In this document: one piece after another, positions 8,105-18,372 of the stretch
How positions within the stretch are numbered: the first letter of the stretch is position 1
How the letters are laid out: every line of letters begins with the position of its first letter
Source: Nitrospirota bacterium
GTDB taxonomy: Bacteria > Nitrospirota > Thermodesulfovibrionia > Thermodesulfovibrionales > SM23-35
DNA: 64,000 bases
Reading direction: 5' to 3'
Assembly (NCBI GenBank): GCA_049323875.1
Contig: JBMOLW010000001.1
Span: forward strand, 160,073-224,072
Made by a program: the position numbers and the translations under genes
Notes under the pieces: model-generated
Databases searched by the model: none
What the model was told of the DNA's origin: nothing
What the model saw: only the letters and a program-made list of their open reading frames with translations

Positions 8105-9313
8105 ATGTCGGACTTTTACCAGGCAGGTGTTGTTGCAACCCTTCACCGTCTCGGGAGTGTGGAGATTGAAAAGCTCGAGGCTGAATTGACGTGGTTTGCT
8201 CAGGAAAGGCCGATTGCCCTTGTACTGCCTTCCCTGTATAGTGAACTCGAAGGGGATGCATTAAAGAACATCGTGAAAGAGCTGCAGGCAGTCAGATACA
8301 TCAAGGAGATCATCGTCACGCTCGGTCCTGCTTCCCGGGAAGAATTCATGCTCACCAAAGATTTCTTTTCCGTGCTTCCCCAGCAGGTCAGGATAATCTG
8401 GAATGCCGGCCCCCGGATTGGTGCGATTTACCAGGATATCGAAGCCGCTGACCTCCCGATCGGTGAACCCGGAAAAGGCAGGTCTGCATGGATGGCTTAC
8501 GGATATATTCTGTCAAAGCAGTATTTCCATGCCATCGCACTCCATGACTGCGATATTCTGACCTATAGCAGGGAACTCCTTGCACGCCTCTGTTATCCTG
8601 TAGTCAATCCGAATCTCGGCTACGACTTCTGCAAGGGGTTCTACAGCAGAGTAACTGACCGGCTTCATGGGCGGATGACGAGGCTCCTGGTTACTCCACT
8701 TATCCGCTCCCTGCAGAAGATACTCGGCCACCTGCCTATACTCATCTTCTTCGACAGCTTCAGATATCCGCTTGCAGGTGAGTTTTCCATGGATATTGAC
8801 CTCGCACGGATAAACCGTATCCCCGGGGACTGGGGACTGGAAGTGGGCGTGCTGGCAGAAGTTTACCGGAACACTTCGTCGCGGAGAGTCTGCCAGGTCG
8901 ATATAGCGGATAATTATGAGCATAAACACCAGGAACTCTCCCCCGAGGACACGACCAAGGGGTTGAATAAAATGTGCGTGGATATCAGCAAGTCTGTTTT
9001 CAGAACCCTTGCATCCGAGGGGATAGTCTTCTCTGATGGTTTCTTCAAAACACTTTTTGCCACGTATGTAAGGACTGCCCAGGATATGCTGAAAAGATAC
9101 GAGGACGACGCCGCCATAAACGGCCTCGTATTCGACAGGCATGAGGAAAGTCTTGCCGTAGAGACCTTCACAAACGGGATAAAAAGAGCGGCGGAAATCA
9201 TTACCGAAGACCCTCTCGGGGTTCCGCTGATTGCAAGCTGGGACCGGGTAACTTCTGCAATCCCTGATATCCTTGATGCTATCAAGAAGGCAGTCGAAGA
9301 AGATAATGCGTAA
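8105..9313 (+). CDS. gpgS: Glucosyl-3-phosphoglycerate synthase-like glycosyltransferase
   Basis: Motifs MSDFYQxGVVATLH, RPIALVLPSLYSEL, GKGRSAW, ALHDCDI, FRYPLAGEF, WGLEVGVLAEV and YEHKHQELS. Neighbours are the phosphatase and glycerate kinase. Confidence 0.8.
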   Translation: MSDFYQAGVVATLHRLGSVEIEKLEAELTWFAQERPIALVLPSLYSELEGDALKNIVKELQAVRYIKEIIVTLGPASREEFMLTKDFFSVLPQQVRIIWNAGPRIGAIYQDIEAADLPIGEPGKGRSAWMAYGYILSKQYFHAIALHDCDILTYSRELLARLCYPVVNPNLGYDFCKGFYSRVTDRLHGRMTRLLVTPLIRSLQKILGHLPILIFFDSFRYPLAGEFSMDIDLARINRIPGDWGLEVGVLAEVYRNTSSRRVCQVDIADNYEHKHQELSPEDTTKGLNKMCVDISKSVFRTLASEGIVFSDGFFKTLFATYVRTAQDMLKRYEDDAAINGLVFDRHEESLAVETFTNGIKRAAEIITEDPLGVPLIASWDRVTSAIPDILDAIKKAVEEDNA

Positions 9314-9400
9314 TTCCAGGAACCCGGCAGCAGAGGTCCGGCGGGAGAGAGTAACCCGCAGGCACAGGTTCCCTGTCATGCCGGTGAAAGGAGGTATCGG

Positions 9401-10063
9401 ATGAAAACTGTTTTGGCTCCCATTCTGGTGATTCTCGTCGTTCTCGGCGCAGGGTACTTTGCGTTACCCTTCCTGATTGAAAAAGAAACCGTTCCGCTCA
9501 GGGCTGAAGTTCAGGATCTGAGGCAGAGGGTTCAGGCGATGGAGGAGATGAACAAGGCTGCACCCCTGAACCTGGATGCTGATGCGCAGAAAATCATCAC
9601 TACGGTCAATGCACTCTCCCGTCAACTGAACTCCCTGGAAGAGTCCGGCAGGAAGGGAATTACTGCGACAACCCAGGCGATTCAGGAGCAGAAGGCCTCA
9701 ACCGAAGAAGCCCTGAAAAAGCAGACCGAAAGCACCGGGAAAACCCTCGAGGAAATGCGGCTCGCCATCCGGGACATGAGGTTTCAGGCAACCATTGCGA
9801 ACATCCGCGAGCATATCCTGAAAACGAAGATGGAAATCGCAGCAAGGAATATCGGAAATGCAAAAACCGAACTGAACGTCCTTGACGAACTGCTTGCCTC
9901 AGCAATAACCGCTGCTTCTGATGAGGAGAAGAAGAAAGCACTGGGGGATCTCCAGCCCTCCCTGAAAAAAGCGAAATCAGAGATAGAGTCTGACGTCCAG
10001 TCCGCGACAAACAGGATCGGTATCCTGTGGACCGAGACGGGCAGATTACTGAGGAAAACCTGA
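9401..10063 (+). CDS. Hypothetical membrane-anchored coiled-coil protein
   Basis: N-terminal hydrophobic helix followed by helical, charged sequence. RBS AAGGAGG. Confidence 0.7.
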   Translation: MKTVLAPILVILVVLGAGYFALPFLIEKETVPLRAEVQDLRQRVQAMEEMNKAAPLNLDADAQKIITTVNALSRQLNSLEESGRKGITATTQAIQEQKASTEEALKKQTESTGKTLEEMRLAIRDMRFQATIANIREHILKTKMEIAARNIGNAKTELNVLDELLASAITAASDEEKKKALGDLQPSLKKAKSEIESDVQSATNRIGILWTETGRLLRKT

Positions 10064-10082
10064 CAAGGAAAGCGTCAACCAC

Positions 10083-11315
10083 ATGAAAAAGACTTTTCTG
10101 ATAGTGTTTGCTGCAGCACTTGCCCTTATCGTGATACGGAGCAGTTTCACCATACCCGGCGATCAAGCCTTCCAGGAACCCGTCCGCCAGCACTTTCAGG
10201 AGATATGCGGCACTGTCGAAAAAGGCGAAACGCTCTACGATATTTTTCAGAAATATAAGCTCGACATTAATGAATTGTTTCAGTTGCAGGAGGCATCTGC
10301 CGATGTCCACCGGCTGAGGAAACTCTACCCCGGACAACCCTATAAGATTACCCTCGACGAAGATTCCACGGTCAACAGCTTCATATACTGGATCAACGAC
10401 GATCATATCTTATCAATCCACCGGACCGACTCCGGATTCTCGGCTGAAAAAATACCTGTAGAATACGAAAAGAGGCTTTTGTATGTTGCGGGAAGAATTC
10501 AGGACAACCTTGTCTCTTCCATGGATGGATGGAAAAATCACGTTCTTCTCGCCTTGCAACTCTCTGATATCTTCGCATGGGATATAGATTTTTTCTCGGA
10601 TCTGAGGAATGGGGATTCATACAAGCTCATTGTGGAGGGTTTGTATCTGGAGGGAGAATTCCGGAAATACGGGGACATACTTTCCGCAGAATTTGCGAAT
10701 AACGGCGAGATATACCAAGCGTACCGCTTTGAGCAGAACGGAGTGGCAGATTATTACGACGGAGAGGGGAAATCCCTGAAAAGGTCCTTTTTAAAGGCAC
10801 CACTCAGTTTTCGGCGCATCAGCTCTCACTTCTCCCACAAACGGTTTCATCCCATTCTCCGGATCAGCAGGCCGCATCACGGTCTGGACTATGCCGCTCC
10901 CCGCGGCACTCCCGTTTCAGCGGTTGGGGACGGCACGGTGATTTTTTCAGGCGTTCGCGGACAATACGGCAAACTGGTTATCATCAGGCACCCAAACGGA
11001 TGGAAAACATATTATGGACATCTTGCAAAAATAGGAAAGAACATCAGGAGAGGGAAGAAGGTCCGGCAGGGGACGGTTATCGGTTATGTTGGTTCGACAG
11101 GACTGGCAACAGGACCTCATCTCCACTATGAGATCAGAATACAGGATAAGCCTGTCAATCCCCTGACAGTCAAAATCCCGAAAGGAAAGCCCGTTCTGCA
11201 GGAATACCTTGCCGACTTCATGAAGGCCAGGGAGTTAATGTCAGGCAAACTTGCCATGATACGGGTCCCGGCGCAAGATTCTGCCGCAGAGGCAAAAAAG
11301 GGAGACAGGGGATGA
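10083..11315 (+). CDS. M23 peptidoglycan DD-endopeptidase (MepM-like)
   Basis: Motifs RPHHGLDYAAPRGTPV, YGHL and STGLATGPHLHYE. N-terminal anchor and LysM-like segment. Confidence 0.9.
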   Translation: MKKTFLIVFAAALALIVIRSSFTIPGDQAFQEPVRQHFQEICGTVEKGETLYDIFQKYKLDINELFQLQEASADVHRLRKLYPGQPYKITLDEDSTVNSFIYWINDDHILSIHRTDSGFSAEKIPVEYEKRLLYVAGRIQDNLVSSMDGWKNHVLLALQLSDIFAWDIDFFSDLRNGDSYKLIVEGLYLEGEFRKYGDILSAEFANNGEIYQAYRFEQNGVADYYDGEGKSLKRSFLKAPLSFRRISSHFSHKRFHPILRISRPHHGLDYAAPRGTPVSAVGDGTVIFSGVRGQYGKLVIIRHPNGWKTYYGHLAKIGKNIRRGKKVRQGTVIGYVGSTGLATGPHLHYEIRIQDKPVNPLTVKIPKGKPVLQEYLADFMKARELMSGKLAMIRVPAQDSAAEAKKGDRG

Positions 11316-11385
11316 TTCCGAAAATACAGTCAAGGTTCCAGGGTTACCCGGCAGTATGTAGTTGAAACGACAGGAGGGAGAAAGC

Positions 11386-12072
11386 ATGCCGGAAATCATC
11401 GAACCCTTTGAGTTCAGACAGTGCATCAGCATCCTGAAATCAACGGGGAAAAAGGCAAGAAACCTGACTGAACTCAGGGACACTATTGCAACCATAAGCG
11501 ATGAATGCATATTCCATCACACCTATCAGTATTTTCTGAAAGGGCACATGCTGGAATATACCAACGACTTTGCCCTCTGGGCCAGCGAAAACCTTGAAGA
11601 AAGAGCACTGTCCGAGCACCTCTCAAATATCGACCCCTATGACTTCTTGACGGTGGATGAGCTGCGCAATGAACTGGTACGGGTCATTGATAACTATCTC
11701 GACCGCTTCCCCTCGCCGCGTGAGGCAATACCTGGTGAAGAATTCTTTTTCACCGAGACGATTACGACGATATTCCCCTCCGGGGTAATGGTCAAGAATC
11801 TGGCGGAATTTCTGACCGCAATCAAATATATCGACTCGGGCTCGCTTTACTATCATTTTTACGAGGCGAGAATACGGCTCGGCGGGGGGATCGATGACTT
11901 TTCAAGGTGGATCGAGGATTCCTTCGGGAAAAGACAGCTTGCTGAAAAGATACGGGACATCGACCCTTTTATGCATACCATAGAGGAGATACGGGAACAT
12001 ATCCGGGCAGCAGTCGAACAGGAAGTGAGAAAAGACATGGAGGTTGTCGACCGGTGTTTGACGAATATATAG
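11386..12072 (+). CDS. DUF5752-like protein with two internal repeats, TreT-associated
   Basis: Repeats F.F...KARNLTEL...IFHH...NDFALW...IDP and F.F...VKNLAEF...LYYH...DDFSRW...IDP. Overlaps the treT start. Confidence 0.7.
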   Translation: MPEIIEPFEFRQCISILKSTGKKARNLTELRDTIATISDECIFHHTYQYFLKGHMLEYTNDFALWASENLEERALSEHLSNIDPYDFLTVDELRNELVRVIDNYLDRFPSPREAIPGEEFFFTETITTIFPSGVMVKNLAEFLTAIKYIDSGSLYYHFYEARIRLGGGIDDFSRWIEDSFGKRQLAEKIRDIDPFMHTIEEIREHIRAAVEQEVRKDMEVVDRCLTNI

Positions 12073-13265
12073 GGATCGTTCCAAAAGGTGACCTTATCCT
12101 CCTCCAGATGCTCGGGGAAAAACTGAACAAACGGTCTTTTCTCCACATCAATTCGACCCGTGAGGGCGGAGGAGTCGCAGAAATCCTCCAGCGCATGATC
12201 CCCATCCTCTCGGAACTCGGGATAGATGCCCGGTGGGAAGTGATAACAGGAGATGCACAGTTTTTCGATGTCACAAAAAAAATCCATAACGCTATCCAGG
12301 GTTTTCCGGAAACGATTACCCCTGAGATGTGGGCACACCACTACGACCTCAATAAGACCAACGCAGGACAGCTCAACCTCGAGGCTGACGCTGTACTGAT
12401 CCATGACCCCCAGCCTGCCCCGCTCGTGGAATTCAGGAAAAACGGGGTATGGATATGGCGGTGTCACATCGACATCTCCAGCCCCCAGCATACAGTCAGT
12501 GAACACTTGTGCAGCTATTGCAAGAAATACGACGCAGCGGTCTTCTCTGTCCCGAAGTTCGCGCAGTCAATGGGCATCGAAGAATTCATAGTCCATCCTT
12601 CCATTGATCCTCTCAGTTTCAAAAACCGCGAACTGAAAGACGAGGAAATACAGGAGACCCTGAATAAATTCCAGATACCGACTGACAGGCCGATTATCCT
12701 CCAGGTATCGAGGTTCGACAGGTTCAAAGATCCGATCGGCGTTATAAAAGCCTATCGTACGGTGAAAAAATATAACGACTGCATCCTCGTGCTCGCCGGG
12801 AGTCCTGCCACGGACGATCCTGAAGGCGAGGAGGTCCTGAATGAAGTCAGAGAATACGCAGGCAAAGACCCCGACATCTTCATCCTGCTCCTGCCGCCGT
12901 TCAGTGACAAAGACATCAATGCACTCCAGCGTTCGGCCACGGTGGTTCTGCAAAAATCGTTAAAAGAAGGCTTCGGCCTTACCGTATCCGAAGCGATGTG
13001 GAAAGGGAAACCGGTCATAGGCGGCGCCGCCGGCGGTATACCGAGTCAGATCATCCATGGCATGACCGGGTTCCTTGTACATTCCGTGGAAGGTGCTGCA
13101 TTCAGAATACGCCAGTTCCTCAATGACCCTGATATGTCGGAGAGAATGGGCAAGACCGCGAAGGAATATGTCAGGAAGAACTTTCTCATTACGAGACAGA
13201 TCAGGGATTATCTCCTCATCTGGTACGCCCTGGAAAACAGGGGGAAGAGCGTATTCGAATTATAG
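12054..13265 (+). CDS. treT: Trehalose glycosyltransferring synthase (GT4)
   Basis: Motifs HINSTREGGGVAEIL, IHDPQP, WIWRCHID, QVSRFDRFKDP and QKSLKEGFGLTVSEAMWKGKPV. Confidence 0.85.
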   Translation: MFDEYIGIVPKGDLILLQMLGEKLNKRSFLHINSTREGGGVAEILQRMIPILSELGIDARWEVITGDAQFFDVTKKIHNAIQGFPETITPEMWAHHYDLNKTNAGQLNLEADAVLIHDPQPAPLVEFRKNGVWIWRCHIDISSPQHTVSEHLCSYCKKYDAAVFSVPKFAQSMGIEEFIVHPSIDPLSFKNRELKDEEIQETLNKFQIPTDRPIILQVSRFDRFKDPIGVIKAYRTVKKYNDCILVLAGSPATDDPEGEEVLNEVREYAGKDPDIFILLLPPFSDKDINALQRSATVVLQKSLKEGFGLTVSEAMWKGKPVIGGAAGGIPSQIIHGMTGFLVHSVEGAAFRIRQFLNDPDMSERMGKTAKEYVRKNFLITRQIRDYLLIWYALENRGKSVFEL

Positions 13266-13271
13266 CGCAGC

Positions 13272-14675
13272 ATGAGTCATGATCCCTGGATGCAAGAGAC
13301 GGAGGCAGATGAAATGACCGGCAGATTGAACGATTTTTTCAGGAGAGTCGCTCTGTGTGTTTCTCTCAATTACAGGAAAGTCCTCTCGATGCCGGCATGG
13401 AACATCGTGCCCTTTCTCCTGATTGCGAACCTGGCATTTGCCCCCGGATGTACCACAGAGCAGCAAAGCGATATAACAACAGTCCGTTTCGTGACCTGGA
13501 AGCCGAACCAGCCGGCGGTATGGGACGAAATCATTGAACTTTTTGAAAAAGAACACCCCGGCATCACAATCGAACGGGAAACTGGCCCTCATTCATCGAC
13601 CGCTTTCCATGACCTTCTCACCCAGAAACTGAAAAACAAAAGCCCTGATGTCGATGTTTTCTTTATGGATGTGATATGGCCGCCCGAATTTGCCGCAGCA
13701 GGATGGGCCTTGCCCCTCGACGGATTCTTCCCCCCTGATGAGCAGGAGCGTTTCCTGCACGCTCCCGTCATTGCAAATACGTATCAGAAAAAAATATACG
13801 GTGTCCCTCTCTTTATAGACAGCGGAATGCTCTTCTACCGGAAAGACCTGCTTGACCGGTACGGATTCGGTCCTCCGGAGACCTGGGAGGAAATGGTCAG
13901 ACAGGCAGAGAAGATCATTGCCGGGGAATCGAAAAAGGGGGTGGAACTCTACGGGTTTTCAGGACAGTTCAAGCAATATGAAGGACTGGTATGCAATATG
14001 CTCGAATATATCCTGAGCAATAACGGCCATATCCTGAATCCTGACACCGGCAACCCTGAAATCGACAGGGAACCGGCTGTCCGGGCAGTGAAATTTGTAC
14101 GGGACAGAATCGTGAGGGGAATCGCGACTGCAGGGGTGCTCACCTATGAGGAACCCGAGTCGATCGCTCCTTTTATTCAGGGAAAGGTGGTTTTTCACAG
14201 GAACTGGCCCTATGCATGGGAGGTCGCGAATAGTCCGGCAAGGTCAAAAGTTGCCGGGAAAGTTGCCATCACCCGCTTGCCTCATTTCCCGGGAGGGCAA
14301 AGCCACGCAACTCTCGGGGGCTGGCAGTTAGGAATCAGCAACTATTCCCGGAACAGGGATGCAGCATGGAAATTCATTCAGTTCCTGACTGGTGAGAGGA
14401 TACAAAAACTTCTTGCCCTCAAGGCGGGCCTTGCTCCCACACGGAAAGCACTCTATGAAGACCAGGAAATCCTCGGCAGGTATCCGCAGTTTTCCGGGAT
14501 GAAGGACGTGTTCCTTACCGCATATCCCAGACCGCGAAATCCGCTGTACCCCGCGATATCGAATACCCTGCAGCGCTTCTTCAGCAAGGTCATCGCAGAC
14601 CCGACTGCCGACCTTGCAAAGGAGGCAAAAGCGGCATCGCAGGAGATCGAGAAGATCCTGGCGCTATCCCGGTAG
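13272..14675 (+). CDS. Sugar ABC transporter substrate-binding lipoprotein (trehalose/maltose type)
   Basis: Motifs MDVIWPPEFAAAGW, QYEGLVCN, FHRNWPYAW and TLGGWQLGI. Lipobox-like LAFAPGC suggests the real start is later (about 13389). Confidence 0.85.
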   Translation: MSHDPWMQETEADEMTGRLNDFFRRVALCVSLNYRKVLSMPAWNIVPFLLIANLAFAPGCTTEQQSDITTVRFVTWKPNQPAVWDEIIELFEKEHPGITIERETGPHSSTAFHDLLTQKLKNKSPDVDVFFMDVIWPPEFAAAGWALPLDGFFPPDEQERFLHAPVIANTYQKKIYGVPLFIDSGMLFYRKDLLDRYGFGPPETWEEMVRQAEKIIAGESKKGVELYGFSGQFKQYEGLVCNMLEYILSNNGHILNPDTGNPEIDREPAVRAVKFVRDRIVRGIATAGVLTYEEPESIAPFIQGKVVFHRNWPYAWEVANSPARSKVAGKVAITRLPHFPGGQSHATLGGWQLGISNYSRNRDAAWKFIQFLTGERIQKLLALKAGLAPTRKALYEDQEILGRYPQFSGMKDVFLTAYPRPRNPLYPAISNTLQRFFSKVIADPTADLAKEAKAASQEIEKILALSR

Positions 14676-14681
14676 GGGTCT

Positions 14682-15608
14682 GTGCTGGATAACGGGAAAA
14701 AACATAGCATGCTTTCTCCCTTACGGTTCAGGGAGCATCTGTTTGCCTTCCTGCTGATCTCTCCCTGTTTTCTCTTCATCCTCACGTTTGCATTCTATCC
14801 CATAGGGTATTCCTTTTTCCTCAGCCTGCACAGAATAATCCTGAGCCTTCCCGGACTTGAGCAGCCGTTCATCTGGTTCGGGAACTACCGGGATTTGCTC
14901 CATGACAGGATAGCGCTGAAATCCCTGGGCAACACTTTGCTCTTTGTGTTCTTTACAACGTTCTTTGAACTCCTCTTTGGCCTTGTCATTGCCCTCGTGA
15001 TCAATAACCATTTCAGGGGCAGGGGAGTGGCAAGGGCGGCGGTCCTGATACCCTGGGCTATTCCGACTGTCGTTGCTTCACAGATGTGGCGGTTCATATT
15101 CAACGACACCTACGGCCTTCTGAACTATGCATGGTTCGGTTCTGAAACCGCGCTTTACAAGGCCTGGCTTGCAGATCCCCTGTTTGCCTTCTTCGCAATA
15201 GTTGCAGCGGATGTATGGAAGACTTCTTCGTTTGCAGCCCTGATCATCCTCGCCGGGTTGCAGACAATACCCGACGAACTCTATGCCGCAGCGAAGACCG
15301 ACGGGGCTTCCGCGTGGCAGAGGTTCATCAGAATAACTCTCCCTCTTCTCAAGCCGGCCCTGCTTATCGCCCTCCTCTTCAGGACCATGGATGCCTTCAG
15401 GGTTTTCGACCTCGTCTTCGTCATGACTCAGGGAGGCCCCGCTGATTCAACAAACGTGCTCCAGTTTTACGGGTACAAAAAGATCTTTGCCGAAGGGCTC
15501 ATGGGATATGGTTCAACAATCTCGGTTCTGGTATTCTTTATAACATTCTGCATCTCTCTCTTCTACCTGAAATTGATCGGTACACGGCTTTTCGGGGAGC
15601 ACTCATGA
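14682..15608 (+). CDS. Sugar ABC transporter permease (MalF-like)
   Basis: Motifs LIPWAIPTVV, DVWKT and the EAA loop LYAAAKTDGA...ITLPLLKP. Confidence 0.9.
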   Translation: MLDNGKKHSMLSPLRFREHLFAFLLISPCFLFILTFAFYPIGYSFFLSLHRIILSLPGLEQPFIWFGNYRDLLHDRIALKSLGNTLLFVFFTTFFELLFGLVIALVINNHFRGRGVARAAVLIPWAIPTVVASQMWRFIFNDTYGLLNYAWFGSETALYKAWLADPLFAFFAIVAADVWKTSSFAALIILAGLQTIPDELYAAAKTDGASAWQRFIRITLPLLKPALLIALLFRTMDAFRVFDLVFVMTQGGPADSTNVLQFYGYKKIFAEGLMGYGSTISVLVFFITFCISLFYLKLIGTRLFGEHS

Positions 15609-16429
15609 GCGGAAGAGCAGCTCGGGCAGGTTTGTATTTTCTCACCCTGGTTATCGTATTTTTCAGCCTCTTGCCCTTCCTCTGGTTTCTCGATACATCG
15701 CTCAAGACCCAGGGGGAAGTCACTGCCATACCGCCCACACTCGTTCCTTCCGGTTCATTCCATTTCTATCAGTCAGCCATAGTAAACTACAACCTCTTCC
15801 ACTATCTGAAGAACAGTGCCATCGTTGCAGGAACCACCACGGTGATCACCCTGATCGTATCCGTTTTCGCAGGATATGCATTGGCGCGGCTCAGGGTACC
15901 CCGCAAAGGGTTGATTATGGGAAGCCTCCTGCTCGTCTCGATGTTTCCCCAGATATCAATCGCAGGCCCTGTCTGGAAAATTCTCCAGTCATTCGGATGG
16001 CTGAATACCTACCAGGGGCTTATCCTTCCCTACGTCACGCTCACCCTGCCACTCGGGGTATGGATACTGACAAGCTTTTTCAAAGAACTGCCCGAAGAAC
16101 TGGAAAAAGCAGCCCGGATTGACGGATGCAGTCACTTCCAGGCCCTTTTCAAAATTATTGTGCCTCTTGCTGCACCGGGGGTTTTCACGGCAGCCATACT
16201 GATCTTCATTTATGCATGGAACGAGTTCTTCTTCGCGCTTCTCATCATGACCCGGCAGCAATATCAAACGCTCCCGGTAGGGATCGCCCTGTTCCAGGGG
16301 CAATACACCATGCCGTGGGGCGAAATCGCCGCTGCATCAACAGTCGCCACTGTGCCTCTCGTCTTCCTCGTTTTTCTTTTCCAGAAAAGAATCATCCGGG
16401 GGTTGTCTGCCGGGGCGGTGAAAGGATAG
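15605..16429 (+). CDS. Sugar ABC transporter permease (MalG-like)
   Basis: Motifs ELEKAARIDG, AWNEFFFAL and FQKRIIRGLSAGAVKG. Confidence 0.9.
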   Translation: MSGRAARAGLYFLTLVIVFFSLLPFLWFLDTSLKTQGEVTAIPPTLVPSGSFHFYQSAIVNYNLFHYLKNSAIVAGTTTVITLIVSVFAGYALARLRVPRKGLIMGSLLLVSMFPQISIAGPVWKILQSFGWLNTYQGLILPYVTLTLPLGVWILTSFFKELPEELEKAARIDGCSHFQALFKIIVPLAAPGVFTAAILIFIYAWNEFFFALLIMTRQQYQTLPVGIALFQGQYTMPWGEIAAASTVATVPLVFLVFLFQKRIIRGLSAGAVKG

Positions 16430-16431
16430 CT

Positions 16432-17499
16432 ATGGCCGGAATACGATTTGAAAAGATTGTCAAGCGGTTCAGGCAGGTGCCGGTGATACAGGATCTGAAT
16501 CTTACGATACAGGACGGCGAATTCTTTACGTTTGTCGGTCCGAGCGGGTGCGGGAAGTCCACACTGTTGAACATGGTCGCCGGACTGGAACCTGTTTCGG
16601 AAGGGCAGATTCTGTTCGACAATAAGATTGTGAACGACCTTTCTCCAAGGGACAGAGATATCGCAATGGTATTCCAGAGCTATGCGCTCTATCCGCATAT
16701 GACTGTCTTCGAAAACATCGCCTTCCCGCTCCGGATGAAAAAAGTTCCCCGGCAGAAGATCAATGAAGAGGTAACGCGAATATCCGGCATCCTCGGGCTT
16801 TCCGGACTCCTGCAGAGAAAACCGAAAGAACTCTCCGGGGGACAGAGGCAGAGGGTTGCCCTCGGAAGGGCGCTGATCAGAAAACCTTCGGTCTTCCTTA
16901 TGGATGAGCCGCTCTCGAACCTCGATGCACGATTGAGAATCGAGATGAGGGCTGAACTGAAGAAACTCCATCAGGAACTCCATATCACCACGGTTTATGT
17001 AACCCATGACCAATCCGAGGCCCTCAGTCTTTCGAACAGGATAGCGGTTCTTCACCGGGGAGAGATACAGCAGTGCGGTGAACCGCGTGAGGTATACGGA
17101 AAGCCGGCCAACGTCTTTGTCGCCGGTTTTATCGGCAGCCCGCCGATGAATTTCGCACACGGTATCATAAGGGGAAAAAGTCCGCTTGAGATAGAATGCA
17201 ACGCGAAAACCCTCTCGCCCTCTGTTGAGCAACTCCCCGGCTCCAACAAGGTGATACTCGGGATCAGACCGGAGGATATCCCTGTATCATCCGGCAGGAC
17301 GGGTGCGGGCATTGAGGGAACCATACTGATCATAGAACCGGCAGGGTCTTTCAACTGGGTGGATATTGACTGGAACGGCATAACATTTAGGGGATACGCT
17401 CCGGCAGAGGCAAAGCTGGAGACCGGGATGAAGGCATGGATGGAGTTGCCTTCGGACCGAATCCTGGTTTTCGATGCCGCATCGGAAAAACGCCTCTAG
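16432..17499 (+). CDS. Sugar ABC transporter ATP-binding protein (MalK-like)
   Basis: Motifs GPSGCGKST, LSGGQRQRVALGR and MDEPLSNLDA. Start set at ATG 16432 (MAGIRF). Confidence 0.92.
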   Translation: MAGIRFEKIVKRFRQVPVIQDLNLTIQDGEFFTFVGPSGCGKSTLLNMVAGLEPVSEGQILFDNKIVNDLSPRDRDIAMVFQSYALYPHMTVFENIAFPLRMKKVPRQKINEEVTRISGILGLSGLLQRKPKELSGGQRQRVALGRALIRKPSVFLMDEPLSNLDARLRIEMRAELKKLHQELHITTVYVTHDQSEALSLSNRIAVLHRGEIQQCGEPREVYGKPANVFVAGFIGSPPMNFAHGIIRGKSPLEIECNAKTLSPSVEQLPGSNKVILGIRPEDIPVSSGRTGAGIEGTILIIEPAGSFNWVDIDWNGITFRGYAPAEAKLETGMKAWMELPSDRILVFDAASEKRL

Positions 17500-17620
17500 G
17501 CAGCTGGTATGCTGTGTTTTAATTAAAAAAAATATACTTTATAATTTATAATTAATGGCATGGTGGCATCTGATTGAAGGACAGCAGAATTTCCAAAGAA
17601 TGAAGGAGAAGAATAAACTC

Positions 17621-18022
17621 ATGACACTTCAAGAGTATTTTTCAGCAAAACAAGGAATCGGTATCCTTTCGACTGCTGACGGGGAAGGAAAAGTAACGAC
17701 AGCAATATATTCCAGACCACGCATTCAAGACAATACAACCCTGGCTTTTATCATGAGAGAGCGGTTGACGTATCACAATCTCCAGACTAATCCAAATGCT
17801 GCCTTTATGTTCATCGAAGAAAACCAGGGATATCGCGGCATCAGGCTTTTCCTGAAAAAGCTCAGAGAAGACAATGACCCTGCTGTCATTGCTGCGATGA
17901 CCAGAAGACACCTGTCCCCTGAAGAAGATCAGGAGAAAGGACCCAAGCATCTCGTCATATTCAGGGTGGAAATGATCCTGCCGCTCATCGGTTCGGGCCC
18001 GGGTCCGGTGACTTTATCATAA
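17621..18022 (+). CDS. Pyridoxamine 5'-phosphate oxidase-like FMN-binding protein
   Basis: Sequence GILSTADGEGKVTTAIYSRP...FIMRERLTYHNLQTNPNAAFMF...GIRLFL. Start uncertain (17600 or 17621). Confidence 0.7.
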   Translation: MTLQEYFSAKQGIGILSTADGEGKVTTAIYSRPRIQDNTTLAFIMRERLTYHNLQTNPNAAFMFIEENQGYRGIRLFLKKLREDNDPAVIAAMTRRHLSPEEDQEKGPKHLVIFRVEMILPLIGSGPGPVTLS

Positions 18023-18372
18023 GTTGCAGGTTCGAAGGTCTGGCTACCCATCTGCCCCTTATTGGACTAACATGATGTTCAGCACATCTTCCCGGAGAGC
18101 AGGACGACCAATGGGGATGAAATATTCCAAGCAAAGACGATCAGAAAGATCCTTGCAAAGAATGACCGCCTGATATTGGCAGCGCACAAGCAAACACCGG
18201 AACAGACAACCCCTCTTTCCTCTGGAAACATCACGTCCAGGCGAACTGGACAGCCGGCTGCATAGTCAACGGTTGCAATGTAACCACAAAATATGTTATA
18301 TTGTGACTTCAATTATTTATATTTGTAGTTATAATTTATCCTTTGCGCCGATTTGTACGCGGAGAGCGTCCG

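Noticed and set aside
18079-18312. 77-aa minus-strand ORF in the gap before glgE
   Set aside because: No family motif, no clear RBS, and it overlaps a probable promoter region.
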